Assembly: GCA_963624095.1 (NCBI GenBank)
Contig: CAVFNZ010000001.1
Span: 3,841-67,840, forward strand
Reading direction: 5' to 3'
Origin: Clostridium sp. CAG:217
GTDB lineage: Bacteria; Bacteroidota; Bacteroidia; Bacteroidales; Bacteroidaceae
Length of the DNA stretch: 64,000 nucleotides
Shown here one piece after another: positions 48,052 to 59,119 of this stretch. Numbering within the stretch: the first letter of the stretch is position 1; the number at the start of each line of letters is the position of its first letter. The notes under the pieces were generated by a model, which worked only from the letters and a program-made list of their open reading frames with translations, was not told the DNA's origin and did not search any database. Both the position numbers and the translations under genes were made by a program.

Positions 48052-50553
48052 TTACTTCCCGATGAGCACATAACTCTTTCCGGCTTCGGTGGGGAGGTCG
48101 TAGAGATAAGTCTTAGGCAGTGTCACCTTGCCCAGCTTAGCCTCGCTGTTGATAAGTGGAGTAGCCACTTGAGTGAGTTGATAGAGCGGATTGGGATTCT
48201 CTCCCTTGGCACTCTTCAATCCCTTACCGCTGAGGCGACAGAGCGAACGCAGGCGACAGTTGCCTCCTTGGTGCGACTTCACCGTGAGGCGACTTACGCG
48301 TCCATCCTTCCATGCCAGGTCTATCTCGAAGCCACCGCGTGCCATCAGACCTTTCACCTCGCCCTCTTTCCATAAGGCGGGCAAGGCGGGCAATAGGAAG
48401 ACGAAGCCATCGTGGCTCTGCATCAGCATCTCGGCGATGCCTGCTGTGCAACCAAAGTTTCCGTCAATCTGGAATGGCGGATGCGCATCGAACAGGTTGG
48501 GGTAGGTGCCGCCACGTTTCTTCTCGTTGCGTACCAGACTCAGCTGGTCCGTGATGAGCTTGTAGGCATGGTTGCCATCAAGCAGGCGAGCCCACAGGCA
48601 GACCTTCCATCCCATGCTCCATCCTGTGGAGGGGTCACCCCGATGGATGAGCGACGTGCGTGCCGCATCGAACAATTCCGGAGTGCGGTAGGGAGATATC
48701 TGGTTACTGGGGTAGAGCGCATAGAGGTGCGACACATGGCGGTGCGTATCGTTGGGGTTGTCCCAATCGTGCATCCACTCCTGCAGCTGTCCCCATCGGC
48801 CAATCTGTAGTGGAGCCATCTCCGTTATACGCCCCTTCAGCCGATTGGCAAACTCATGGTCTGTATCCAATATCCGTGAGGCGGCTATCACTTCGTTCCA
48901 AAGGTCGAACACCAACTCCGTGTCCATGGAGCAGCCGGCTGCCGTGGTAGCTTTTCCTTTGCTGCCCGCGTGCGTGTTCTCCGGTGAATTGCTTGGACAA
49001 ACCACCAACCATCCGTGAAGCGGTTCGTGAACCATCGTCTCATCGAAGAAGAGTGCGGCACCCCGCAGAATGGGGTAGACCTGACGCAGAAACTCCACAT
49101 CGCCCGTGTAGAGATAGTGTTCCCACAAATGGCGGCAAAGCCATGCGCCGCCCGATGCCCACATACCTGACGGGGCATTGTCAATGGCACCCGTTACGCG
49201 CCAGATGTCCGTATTGTGGTGGAGCACCCAACCGTTGGAGCCGTACATTGTACGGGCACTCTCGGCTCCCGTTTCACTCACCTCACGGATGAGTCGGAAC
49301 AGCGGTTCGTTGAGCCAACTTAGGTTGGTCACCTCCGAGGGCCAGTAGTTCATCTGCAGATTGATGTTACAGGTGTACTTGCTGTCCCACGACGGGAGGA
49401 GTTTGTCATTCCAGATGCCTTGCAGATTGGCCGCTTGACCGCCCGGCTGCGAGCATGAGATGAGCAGATAACGGCCAAACTTGAAGTATGTGGCTACCAG
49501 AAACGCATCGTTTGTCTGCTTGAAGCGTTCGATGCGAAGGTCTGTAGGAACATCGGGATATTGGTCGTCGCCCAACCAGAGCGAAGCCGTACCGATCTGT
49601 CGCTGATAGGCGGCTATGTGTGTCTGTTTCGCTTCTTCGTAGTTCTTTGTGAGAGCCTTGGAAAGGTAATCCTTGGCGCGACCGACAAAGTCCGCTGAGA
49701 TATCCTTGTAATTAACGAAATTGGTAGCGATGGAGGTGTAGAGAGTCGCTTCGTCCGCTCCCTCTACGGTGAGCACGCCATCCCGACAGGTGAAAATACC
49801 GCCCTTTGTCGTGGCGGTGACACGTCCTTGAAACTCCACCTTACCCTTCAGTTTCTCGTGGAGTGAGCTGACACCTTGCAGTGTGATGTCGTTGCCGTCG
49901 GAGGCGATGAATACATCCTGATGGGGTGAGGTAAGCGTAGCATTGAAGGAGACCTTGCCGGGTTGGTCTGCCGTGATACGCGTGATGATGACTTGATCCG
50001 TCAGTGACGCGAAAGTCTCCCGTTTGTAATTGACCCCATCCACTCGGTAACGAACTACGGCACGGGCTGAGTCGAGGCTCAGCTCCCTATAATAATGGTC
50101 GTAGCGGGCATGACCGGGGAACGAGATGCGGAGGTCGCCAAAACTCTGGTAAGGCATGCCCGAGTTGGTACTCGCCTTCACATGGGCCGTAGCCATGTTT
50201 TGGGCTTCGAGGTATTTCCCCTCGAAGACCAACTGACGAATCTTCGGTATCCACTCTAATGCCTCCGGATTGGCATTGTTGTTGGGTCGCCCTGCCCAGA
50301 TGGTCTCCTCGTTGAGTTGCATTTGCTCAGCGGCAGGATTGCCATAAAGCATTACGCCTAACCGTCCGTTGCCCAGTGGCAATGCCTCTGTCCACACCTG
50401 TGCCGGTTTGTCGTACCACAACTTATACTCTTGGGTGAGGGACCGTGTGTCGGCAAAACTTTGAAGAAATCCTGTTGTCATGAAGCCAATCATCAGACAA
50501 GACTTGAGACTTGGGAGTGAAAGGCGGAAATGTTTCTGTTTCATCATACGCAT
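48052..50553 (-). CDS. GH95 alpha-L-fucosidase/alpha-L-galactosidase
   Basis: ALPLGNGRLG, FGRYLLIS, NLQGIW, NINLQMNYW, HRHVSHLY, PPFQIDGNFG. Confidence 0.92.
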   Translation of the reverse strand: MRMMKQKHFRLSLPSLKSCLMIGFMTTGFLQSFADTRSLTQEYKLWYDKPAQVWTEALPLGNGRLGVMLYGNPAAEQMQLNEETIWAGRPNNNANPEALEWIPKIRQLVFEGKYLEAQNMATAHVKASTNSGMPYQSFGDLRISFPGHARYDHYYRELSLDSARAVVRYRVDGVNYKRETFASLTDQVIITRITADQPGKVSFNATLTSPHQDVFIASDGNDITLQGVSSLHEKLKGKVEFQGRVTATTKGGIFTCRDGVLTVEGADEATLYTSIATNFVNYKDISADFVGRAKDYLSKALTKNYEEAKQTHIAAYQRQIGTASLWLGDDQYPDVPTDLRIERFKQTNDAFLVATYFKFGRYLLISCSQPGGQAANLQGIWNDKLLPSWDSKYTCNINLQMNYWPSEVTNLSWLNEPLFRLIREVSETGAESARTMYGSNGWVLHHNTDIWRVTGAIDNAPSGMWASGGAWLCRHLWEHYLYTGDVEFLRQVYPILRGAALFFDETMVHEPLHGWLVVCPSNSPENTHAGSKGKATTAAGCSMDTELVFDLWNEVIAASRILDTDHEFANRLKGRITEMAPLQIGRWGQLQEWMHDWDNPNDTHRHVSHLYALYPSNQISPYRTPELFDAARTSLIHRGDPSTGWSMGWKVCLWARLLDGNHAYKLITDQLSLVRNEKKRGGTYPNLFDAHPPFQIDGNFGCTAGIAEMLMQSHDGFVFLLPALPALWKEGEVKGLMARGGFEIDLAWKDGRVSRLTVKSHQGGNCRLRSLCRLSGKGLKSAKGENPNPLYQLTQVATPLINSEAKLGKVTLPKTYLYDLPTEAGKSYVLIGK

Positions 50554-50570
50554 CTTATTGTATTTGTTTG

Positions 50571-52538
50571 TTATTTCTTTTTACTGTCGTTTTTCGCTTT
50601 CTTCTCGGCATTACGCTTGGTTACATAGTCCTTGAAGAGCTGTCGCCAGTCGCGGCCATTCTCGTTGAGATATTGTTCGCACTTGGTTTTGTAGACCTCG
50701 AATACCTGTGAGATGGCTTTCATTCCCTTGCACTCAAGAGCCTCTTCGCGGGCTTGCTTCAGATAGCCCTCCAACACGTTGGCCTCTGAGTCTGTGAGGT
50801 CGGGCACTATGGCATAGTAACCCTTCATGGTGAAGGCCACTTTGCCTACCGTGTAACCATCAAACACTTGTTCCACCTGTTCGGGCGTGAGCACCCGGTT
50901 CAGTTCCTTCACCAAACGCTGGTGTACACTGGCAGGAATAGTCTTGTCGGCCATCATCTCACGTTCTATCTTGCTGAGTGTCTTGCCTGTGGCCTTGTCC
51001 TTCTCGGGGATGATGGTGTAGGGGTGCGAATTGTGCCAATCGCGCACGGCACGGCGGTGATTGTAGACAGCGGTCACTACCTGGCTCTCCACCTTCTTGT
51101 CCGTTAACTTCAACGCTTTGACGATGCTCTCGGACTTCTTCAGTACCGACTCGTCAGCGGCAGCGTTGCGTACCGTCTGTTTGCCGAAATATTTCCCTAA
51201 ATCATTGATGGAACGGATGGCCTCCTTGGGCAGGTTCTCGCCATCCTTGCCGAAGCTATAGAGCGCTTCAAAAGGTTCAATGGTCACCTTTGTCTCATCC
51301 AGCTTGTTTCGGTCGAGACCGAAAGTTTCCACAAAGAAATCGTACACGGCATTGCGCTTGTTGGGACCAAAGTCGTGACCTTCACTTGGCAGGTGTACGT
51401 TGGTGACTCTTTTCGGTTGGTTATAGAAACCATATACACGCTGTAGATAGGGGAACTCCAGCGTGGGCACTGTATGCGTCCAGTCCTTACCATCGGAGAC
51501 TACGCAGAGCGGATTGGGGGCGAAGAGCGCAGCCAACTCGGCATTGCAAGTGCCACCACCCGCTTGGGTGACGGACATGCCACTCTCGCAGGCACAGCCA
51601 CCGTCGAAGTGCGAAGCCAGACTGACTACCGGACAGGCAGCCGTGTAGCGGTCGTCCAGTACAGTGAGCAGCACCGTCTGTGTGCCTCCTCCTGAACCTC
51701 CGCAAACGCCCACACGCTGGCTGTCTACATCCTTGCGTGTCATCATGTAATCCAATATGGAGATTCCATTCATCGCCTGAACGACCTGCGCAATGCTGGT
51801 GTTGTGGCCGATGGAGCTTACCTGTAGAGCCGACTCACCCCATCCGAAGAGGTCGTAGTCCACACAGATTGCACCCATGCGCGCCAGAGTAGCCATGCGC
51901 TGTTGTTGGTCTTCGCGGTAACGTCCGTTGCCGAAGTGGCCGTTGGGACAGATAATCAGCGCATGCTGTCCCTTCGCCTTGGGAGTGTAGATGGAACCAC
52001 AGACATAGAGTCCCGGTAGCGTCTCAAGGGCGAAGTTCTGCACCGTGTAACCATCGAACTTGCGTATCTTGGAGAGGATGGGCTCCGACTTCACGCGCTG
52101 TGACAAGATGGGGTCGATTCCCAAGCGTTGGCGTACCTCCTTCTTCAGCAACGCCTTGCGCTGTTCGAATGAAGACTTGTCGCTATAGAGCGTGTTTAGA
52201 TAGGCGATAAGTGCCTCTCCGTCCGCATCCGTGCGGCGTGCATACTCGTAGTTCTTTATCTTGTAGACGTTGTCGTCCTGCTTCACGAACTTGAAGTCGA
52301 ACGGCATCAATACGTTGGTGAGCGACTCTTCCACTGAATAGGGACGGATGCGCGAGTCCGCATAGGGCAGTTGGAGTCCCGTGGTGTCGATGTTGTACTT
52401 CAGGCGTACCTGAAAACGTTGGCTGATTTCGGTCAGTACCTCGCCCAACGGACGGGTGAACTGATTCTCGTAAGTGTTCTGCGCCTGTGCGCCTACGACG
52501 GCGGAGAGGAGCATCATTGATACTGTGAAATGTTTCAT
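50571..52538 (-). CDS. Alpha/beta-hydrolase carbohydrate esterase (CE19/BT1017-like) with a C-terminal DUF3826-like domain
   Basis: PNGHF, GGSGGG nucleophile elbow, GGCACES, DWT, GHDFG. The helical C-terminus resembles the 60198-60875 protein. Confidence 0.7.
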   Translation of the reverse strand: MKHFTVSMMLLSAVVGAQAQNTYENQFTRPLGEVLTEISQRFQVRLKYNIDTTGLQLPYADSRIRPYSVEESLTNVLMPFDFKFVKQDDNVYKIKNYEYARRTDADGEALIAYLNTLYSDKSSFEQRKALLKKEVRQRLGIDPILSQRVKSEPILSKIRKFDGYTVQNFALETLPGLYVCGSIYTPKAKGQHALIICPNGHFGNGRYREDQQQRMATLARMGAICVDYDLFGWGESALQVSSIGHNTSIAQVVQAMNGISILDYMMTRKDVDSQRVGVCGGSGGGTQTVLLTVLDDRYTAACPVVSLASHFDGGCACESGMSVTQAGGGTCNAELAALFAPNPLCVVSDGKDWTHTVPTLEFPYLQRVYGFYNQPKRVTNVHLPSEGHDFGPNKRNAVYDFFVETFGLDRNKLDETKVTIEPFEALYSFGKDGENLPKEAIRSINDLGKYFGKQTVRNAAADESVLKKSESIVKALKLTDKKVESQVVTAVYNHRRAVRDWHNSHPYTIIPEKDKATGKTLSKIEREMMADKTIPASVHQRLVKELNRVLTPEQVEQVFDGYTVGKVAFTMKGYYAIVPDLTDSEANVLEGYLKQAREEALECKGMKAISQVFEVYKTKCEQYLNENGRDWRQLFKDYVTKRNAEKKAKNDSKKK

Positions 52539-52580
52539 GATTCTTTTATCTTGGGTTAACTTTAATTGCTTCTTTAGTCA

Positions 52581-52618
52581 GAGAGAACTATTTCCTTGGT
52601 CAGAAAAATAGTTCTCTC
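52581..52618. terminator. Intra-operon stem-loop
   Basis: GAGAGAACTATTT / AAATAGTTCTCTC, 13-bp stem. Confidence 0.55.
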
Positions 52619-52627
52619 CATTTTCTT

Positions 52628-55435
52628 TCATTCAATGTGTCCTTTCAACTCCAGTGGTTTGGAGAAGCTGTAGGTGCCACTTTTCACACGCTTCACGGGT
52701 TGGTCGTCACCCGGCAGCCAAATGTCCGCCGTGCAGTTGACGGGTATGGTAACATGCAGGTTGAACTCTCCCTCGGTATGCTGCCAGTGGACGGCAATCT
52801 CTCCGTAGAGCGTCTTGTAGGTGACATCCAGTGAGGTGAGGTCGCCTGCAGCCTGCGGTTGAATGACGAAGTGCTGATAGCCTTTTTCCGTAGGGCTGTT
52901 TTGTATGCCTGCCAACGAATGGAAGAACCATTCGTCAATCTGTCCCATCATGAAATGGTTCCATGACGAACCTTGGCGCGGGTCCCACTGCTCGGTGAGC
53001 GTGGTGGCTCCGAACTTCAGTTGGAAGCCGTAGCCTGGAGCCTCTTCGTGGTTGTGAAGGGCGTACATCACATCGTGTAAACCATTACGGGCCAATGTTT
53101 GGAACAGATAGCGGTTTCCAACGTCACCCGTGGTGAGGCGCGTGCCATGTTGGCGAATGTCCTTCACCAAATTGCGCAATACCTCAGCCTTTGCGTCCGC
53201 AGGCACCATGCCGAGGAACAAGGGTAAGGCGTTGCTGGTCTGGCTACCCGTACCATACTGATGCGTCTTTCCGTTGAAATATTTCCGGTTGAAAGCCTCC
53301 GTCACCTCATCGCCCAAACGGGTATAGTAGTCTGCATCGTAGCTGTTGCCAAGCAGACGGGCCGCCTCCGCAAGGTAGCGTATGTCCATGTAATAGTGCG
53401 CTGATGCCACCAAGCCGATGGGAGTGTTGCGTGAAAATCCGGCACGGAAGTCTCCATAGTCATACCAATCGCCCAAACCGAAGTCTATCAGTCCATCCTC
53501 GGCACGCGACGAGAGGTAGTCAACGTACCCGCGCATCTGACGATAGTACTGACGAATGAGCGAGTCATCGCCATACGTGTCGTAGTAGAGGAACGGTATC
53601 ACCACAATGGAACTACCCCACTCGGGCGAGTCTGCAAACACGTCCAGACCCGGGCCTTCGAAGATGGTATACTGAGGAGCCGTGGTGGGCACCATGCCGT
53701 CCGTGCGCTGTGCGTCCGCCATGTCGCGCATTACCTTGGGGAAGAGCGTAGTGAGGTCGTAGTTGTAGAGCAGGCCGGGGCCATTGAGATGAACTTGCTC
53801 CAACCAGCCCAACTTCTCGCGGTGCGGACAGTCGGTGAATACGGCCTGCATGTTGCTGCGTACGGCGTTGTGAATGAGTTGATGCGCCTGCGTAAAAATC
53901 TTGTTGGAACATGAGAACGAGCTGACATCCGCCGCTGCGTTATGCACGAAACACGACTGGATGTTGTGTACTACGGGCAACTTATCGGGATTCTTCTGTC
54001 CCTTTAATACCGCTCCTTCCAGTTGGATGTAGCGGAACCCATAGTACGAAAAACGCGGGTGCCACGTCTCCCGTTTGTCCCCTTTTAGTGTATAGGTATA
54101 ATAATGTTGTCGCCCGGTCTGCCGTTGATTGGCTGCGTGACAACTGTCCACCACCGTTTCGGCTACCACCAGGGTAATCCGTTGGCCTCGTTTGCCGCTG
54201 ACTGTTATCTCGGGGAAGCCGGACAGATTTTGTCCCATATCAAGCAATTGGGCCGACGCGTCGACGGTACGTTTTGTTGCCTTGGTGGCCTTACGCACCT
54301 CCTCGGGCGTGAGCTTGTAGCTGCTCTTTACTCCATAACGCTTCATTATCTTCACCGGGGTGGTAAGCTGAGGCCGCAAGACACCCTTCGGGGACTCTTG
54401 CACCACCACCTGATGCCACGCCGTATCATCGAAACCGGGTTTGTCCCATCCCGCCTGTTCCAGCCGGGCATCATAGTCCTCACCTCCGTAGATTGAATGG
54501 AAAGTGACGGGACTGCGGTCGTAGCGCCAGGTGCTGTCCGTAGCCACTGTCTGACTGGTGCCGTCCGTATAGCGGACGAGCATCTTCAGGAAGAGAGTTT
54601 CCGGGCCGAACCCTATTTGCAGTTTCCGGTAGCGGCCGCCACCCACCACGTTGTAGAAACCGTTGCCCAACGTCACGCCTAAGGCATTGTCCCCTTGGCG
54701 CATGAGCGAAGTCACATCGTAAGTATTGTAGTAGACCGTTTTGTCGTAATCGCTCCAAAGTGGCGTGAACTCTCCGTCACCCACTTTCGTGCCGTTGATA
54801 GAGAGCTCATACTGGCCCAGACCGCACACATAGACTGTAGCATCCGCTATCTGACGGGACGCGTTGAACTCTTTACGCAGACAGATGCTGCGCCACGCCA
54901 TAGAGTCCACTTGATTCCAAGCCTCCTTTGCCTCCGCTTTGCTGAGCGCACCGCCATGGAAGCGACGCCCCTCGGGAAACTTTGCGTTCTTCTGTGTGAC
55001 CGCACCAATCCATTGTGCGTCGAGGAAACTCTTATCCGGAGCGATGCGGAACTCCTGTTCGTCGCTCCAATCGGACACGACACCCTGTTCGTCCCACACC
55101 CGAACGCGCCACCAATAGCGTGCAATGGGCTGTAGAGCAGCGATGCCGCCGTAAGTCACCAGTTGGCTCTTTGTGGACAGTTGTTTGCCGCTTCGCCAAA
55201 CATAGGTTGGCTTGTCTCCTTGCCGGGTGTAGACCTCTATCTCGTAGGCCGACTGCATGCATCCCTGTTCCCCTTTCAGTTGCCATCCGAACCGTGGGGT
55301 AGTGGTGGAAATCGCCAAAGGCGATGTGTCCATCTCGCAGGTGACGCGTGTCACTTCTATGGCGTTTGCGGTAGCCGACATACAGAACGTCAGCGTACCC
55401 AGCAATAACAGCTTTATTCTCTTCGTGTTTTTCAT
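52628..55435 (-). CDS. GH78 alpha-L-rhamnosidase
   Basis: TDCPHREKLGWLE, GLGDW, GATTLTEQWD, SWNHFM. Start reassigned to ATG 55435 (MKNTKR, signal peptide). Confidence 0.9.
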   Translation of the reverse strand: MKNTKRIKLLLLGTLTFCMSATANAIEVTRVTCEMDTSPLAISTTTPRFGWQLKGEQGCMQSAYEIEVYTRQGDKPTYVWRSGKQLSTKSQLVTYGGIAALQPIARYWWRVRVWDEQGVVSDWSDEQEFRIAPDKSFLDAQWIGAVTQKNAKFPEGRRFHGGALSKAEAKEAWNQVDSMAWRSICLRKEFNASRQIADATVYVCGLGQYELSINGTKVGDGEFTPLWSDYDKTVYYNTYDVTSLMRQGDNALGVTLGNGFYNVVGGGRYRKLQIGFGPETLFLKMLVRYTDGTSQTVATDSTWRYDRSPVTFHSIYGGEDYDARLEQAGWDKPGFDDTAWHQVVVQESPKGVLRPQLTTPVKIMKRYGVKSSYKLTPEEVRKATKATKRTVDASAQLLDMGQNLSGFPEITVSGKRGQRITLVVAETVVDSCHAANQRQTGRQHYYTYTLKGDKRETWHPRFSYYGFRYIQLEGAVLKGQKNPDKLPVVHNIQSCFVHNAAADVSSFSCSNKIFTQAHQLIHNAVRSNMQAVFTDCPHREKLGWLEQVHLNGPGLLYNYDLTTLFPKVMRDMADAQRTDGMVPTTAPQYTIFEGPGLDVFADSPEWGSSIVVIPFLYYDTYGDDSLIRQYYRQMRGYVDYLSSRAEDGLIDFGLGDWYDYGDFRAGFSRNTPIGLVASAHYYMDIRYLAEAARLLGNSYDADYYTRLGDEVTEAFNRKYFNGKTHQYGTGSQTSNALPLFLGMVPADAKAEVLRNLVKDIRQHGTRLTTGDVGNRYLFQTLARNGLHDVMYALHNHEEAPGYGFQLKFGATTLTEQWDPRQGSSWNHFMMGQIDEWFFHSLAGIQNSPTEKGYQHFVIQPQAAGDLTSLDVTYKTLYGEIAVHWQHTEGEFNLHVTIPVNCTADIWLPGDDQPVKRVKSGTYSFSKPLELKGHIE

Positions 55436-55484
55436 GGGTTGTGTGTTAAAAGAGCTCCGATTCCCTATCCAGAATCTCTTCGCA

Positions 55485-58400
55485 TTAAAGAACATCCTTG
55501 CAGATTAATCGGCCGAGAGAATCACTCTGGCCAACCAAGCGTCCGTCTACCAATACGCGCAAACCGCGTCCTTGATGATAGCGGTCGCCATAGCGGTCCC
55601 ATAGGATGGTGATGTTATGCCCATGGTAGCGCACATTGTCCAGGCAGAAGTAGTCCCATTGACCATCCGGCACCAGCGGATTCACCTCGATGCTCTTGTC
55701 CGTGCGAGGACGAAGGCCTGCGATGCCGGTTATAACCAAGTCGTTGAATGTAGAGTGGTTGTAGTAGCGGCTACGCTCTTGGTCACCCTTGAGCCAATAA
55801 CCCGTTACCTCATCGAGGTACTCACCGACGTAGGGACGACCGCGGTGGTGCTGCGACTCCACATAAAGCTGCATCTGACGGAAGAAGGTACTGTCCGTCA
55901 CCACGGGGCTCTCTGAATGATTCAAGTAATTGGCCAATGCCGTCAGTGTCTGAGCCGTAGCGAAAGGCCATATGGCACCGTCCCACTCACACTGGCCGAC
56001 TCCATGCGTGCGGAACTCCGGATGACGGCGTTCGGCCGTAGTCAGTCCGTAAGGAGCCGAGAAACCTTTCTCGTCGTTCAGCTGCTTCCATGCTTCGCTA
56101 TATTGTTCCGAGGGAATATTGAAGTACCAAGGAATGTAACCTATCGCTTCGCGTACCTGGGCACATGTGTCACCCCGTACCGTCTCGAAGAACTGGTGCT
56201 TCGTGTTCCACAGGCGAGTCTCGATTAACCGCTTTGTCTCTTCGGCTTTCTGACGATAGAGTTGCGCATCCTCTGTCTTGCCCATCAGCTCGGCAATGTG
56301 CGCCAATGCCATCGCGTTGCCATACATGTAACTGTTGATGGTGGGACGTGCAAACTGTTTCTTTCGCCCACCACTGACGCTCTCTTCCATGCCATCTCGC
56401 ACATCCTCTTGCCAGAAGAGGCCGTTCTCCAAGCGGTGCGTCTCTTCCCAACGCTTATACTCTTCGCACAAGTCCGTGTAGAGGTCGGTCAGGAAGGCTT
56501 CGTCCATCGTCACCAGATAACGGTTGTAGACGGCATCGGGATTCCACGAGCTGTACTTCATCATACGGTTCATCGGTTTGCCCTCGTTGCCGCGATACCA
56601 TGTGCGGATGATGCCGTCGAGATATTTCGGGTCGCGCAGCCAGCGGCTCTCGTAGATGTGATGCCCCAAGGCGCAGGAGATGAGGTTATATTTGTCCGCG
56701 TACGAACGCTTTACCAAGAACTCCGTCATGCCATAGCCCACGGGAGTCTCTTCGATATGTTTGCGCAGTGTCCACCAACGGTAGTAGAACATCTCCTCGA
56801 AATCCCTTTCGGGACAGTCGAACAGGGGGATGTTCTCCTTCATCCAATCCGATGCCTGTGCATTGGGAATGGCTTGGGCGATGTTCTCGTCCTCCATGCC
56901 GTTGAAGTAGTCCACGTAATGCTTGTAATCATTGTATTTCAGTACGGCGGCCGACCCGTCGGCATCCATCGACGCGCTTTTCACGTTGGCGATGCGGAAC
57001 GTGGCCTCCGGGTCTACCCCGTTGGCATTGGGAGCATCTTCATATTGGTCTGCCCACGTGTCTACGGTGGGGTAGTGGCGGCGTTCGCCGGTACGGAACA
57101 CGATGCGCTCGATGCTGGAGACGGGGGCGAAGAGCATGCGGGTTGCCTTTTTCTCTCCATTGACATATACCACTGAGTTGCGGTTTGTCACCGAGACGTC
57201 CACCTTTACATGGTAACGCTTGCCGGGTTCGTACATCAGCACCTTGCCGTAACGGGCTCCGCCTTTGGAACGAAACTCTCCTTCGGGAGTGAGGTCGAGC
57301 CGCGCACATGCCGTTCCGTCCTCGTCCACAAATTCTATCTGTAGTGTACCATGGTCGTTCTGCTCTGCCATGAGGTCGAATTCCACGCTCAACTCTTTCG
57401 TATTGGGAATTTTGCGCTCTACCTTGGCAACGTCGAACGGATCTTTGTCCTTCAGTGTGAGCCAGATTGTACCATCCTTCTGTTCCAGTGACACGGGAGC
57501 CCACACACAGGAGTAAAGATTCCACATATCCAGGTCGGCCAGTGAACGGAACGAGGCGAAGTCTTCGTTGGCATGACTGGAGGCGTGCTGTTGTACAGGC
57601 ACTTTGACGCGTGCCACCCACATATCCTCCTTGTTCACACTGTATGTTACCCACAGGTTGCCATCCGACGGTGTGCCATTGCCTTCCTGAATGCCTCTCA
57701 CATACTGCGGACCGAACGACTTGTACTGGCCGCAGTAGCGCATCATCGGCACCTCGCCGTGTATCAGGTTCAGTGTGGTGTACTCCAGTCCATCCTTACT
57801 CAGTGAGATGGCCAATGGCCAACGGAATTCCGAGGGATTGTACACCGTGGCATAGGAGCCGTCGCTCAACCGTTGTCCCCATATCTTGGCGTTGCTGTTG
57901 ACAAACCCTTTGGCGCGTCCGATAGGTTGTTCCCACGTGTTGCCCCTATCGCTACTGATGGAGGTAAGTGCGTGTTTCCACAGACAGGCGATGCGTCCGT
58001 CGGGCAGCGTGTACCAGCAGAACGCCTTATATTCCTCCTTTAGCGGCAGGATAGGGTCCTGGCGGTCTGCCTCCTCCACCCACTGCATCCGGTAGAGCGG
58101 GTTGGCGAGAATCTCGTCGCAGGCCTGTCGGAAAGCTTTGTCTTTCGACTTTGTATAGTATGGATAGTTGGTATTCTTCTCGTTGAAGGCATGGTTGTAG
58201 TAGATGAAATAGATGGGACCGAACGTGCCGTCCTCCTTGATTTCACGCACCACGCGTCCCACGCCATTGCCGTCGTTGGGGTCATCCTTCGGGTGCAGGC
58301 AGATGCCATAGTGACCCATGGCGATGAGCTTGCCCGACTTGGAAACGTAGAATCCCACACGTTGGTGCATCACGGCATCCATATTCTTCGCTACCACGGA

Positions 58401-58808
58401 GCCGTCCTTTGTGGTGCCGTCGGTCAGGTGATAGACCGGGAAAAGCACCTCGGGTGCTGTCCATGTGTAACCGTCAGCGGAAGTCTGCAACAACGTACAC
58501 GAAGGCGGCACATGCTCATCCACCGCGTCGGAGAGGTAGTGCATATAGAATTTCCCTTTCCAGTAGGCCATCATCGGTTGGTGATTGTAAGTCCATCCGT
58601 TGCCGTTGCTGGAATAGAGGTCGTAGCGTCGACAGGCGCGCATCGTCTGGATGTTGTGCACACCCACCACGGGTGACAACTGTCCGTCGTGATGATTGGG
58701 GTTGGAGAGTTCGGTACCGGTATAGTGAATACGGTCTTGGGCGTTTACGGGAGCAAGAAAGAGGCATCCTGTGGCCACCGTCAACAATTGTTTAGCGAAA
58801 TGTTTCAT
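55485..58808 (-). CDS. Bimodular glycoside hydrolase, GH143-GH142-like (BT1020-type)
   Basis: N-terminal propeller with YNHQP and Asp-boxes (SADGYTW, SSDRGNTW); C-terminal (alpha/alpha)6 domain with YYRWW, DGMEES, RPTINSY, WDGAIWP, YNHSTF; 1107 aa. Confidence 0.75.
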   Translation of the reverse strand: MKHFAKQLLTVATGCLFLAPVNAQDRIHYTGTELSNPNHHDGQLSPVVGVHNIQTMRACRRYDLYSSNGNGWTYNHQPMMAYWKGKFYMHYLSDAVDEHVPPSCTLLQTSADGYTWTAPEVLFPVYHLTDGTTKDGSVVAKNMDAVMHQRVGFYVSKSGKLIAMGHYGICLHPKDDPNDGNGVGRVVREIKEDGTFGPIYFIYYNHAFNEKNTNYPYYTKSKDKAFRQACDEILANPLYRMQWVEEADRQDPILPLKEEYKAFCWYTLPDGRIACLWKHALTSISSDRGNTWEQPIGRAKGFVNSNAKIWGQRLSDGSYATVYNPSEFRWPLAISLSKDGLEYTTLNLIHGEVPMMRYCGQYKSFGPQYVRGIQEGNGTPSDGNLWVTYSVNKEDMWVARVKVPVQQHASSHANEDFASFRSLADLDMWNLYSCVWAPVSLEQKDGTIWLTLKDKDPFDVAKVERKIPNTKELSVEFDLMAEQNDHGTLQIEFVDEDGTACARLDLTPEGEFRSKGGARYGKVLMYEPGKRYHVKVDVSVTNRNSVVYVNGEKKATRMLFAPVSSIERIVFRTGERRHYPTVDTWADQYEDAPNANGVDPEATFRIANVKSASMDADGSAAVLKYNDYKHYVDYFNGMEDENIAQAIPNAQASDWMKENIPLFDCPERDFEEMFYYRWWTLRKHIEETPVGYGMTEFLVKRSYADKYNLISCALGHHIYESRWLRDPKYLDGIIRTWYRGNEGKPMNRMMKYSSWNPDAVYNRYLVTMDEAFLTDLYTDLCEEYKRWEETHRLENGLFWQEDVRDGMEESVSGGRKKQFARPTINSYMYGNAMALAHIAELMGKTEDAQLYRQKAEETKRLIETRLWNTKHQFFETVRGDTCAQVREAIGYIPWYFNIPSEQYSEAWKQLNDEKGFSAPYGLTTAERRHPEFRTHGVGQCEWDGAIWPFATAQTLTALANYLNHSESPVVTDSTFFRQMQLYVESQHHRGRPYVGEYLDEVTGYWLKGDQERSRYYNHSTFNDLVITGIAGLRPRTDKSIEVNPLVPDGQWDYFCLDNVRYHGHNITILWDRYGDRYHQGRGLRVLVDGRLVGQSDSLGRLICKDVL

Positions 58809-59119
58809 AAAAGTTCTTCTTAATAGTATTACGATTAAAGGGATGAACCTCCTGTTCTTTTAATCACCTGAAACCTCTTCTATGGGTGTGGTGCAAGACA
58901 CAGAAGGGCAACCCCCGTCTAAGTCTACAAAAATATTGAAAATCCCTTGTTCTTTCAAACGACCTGCTCGGTTATCCCTGTTATTTAACGTAAATTGAGA
59001 AACAGAGGCCCCGGACACTGATTTGAACTACGGGAAAAGATGTTTAACCTCAAAAAGTTTGTTGGGTTCATAGCTTGGAGTAACTTTGCGCCCCGAAAGA
59101 ATCTAACAAAGTAAGAAGC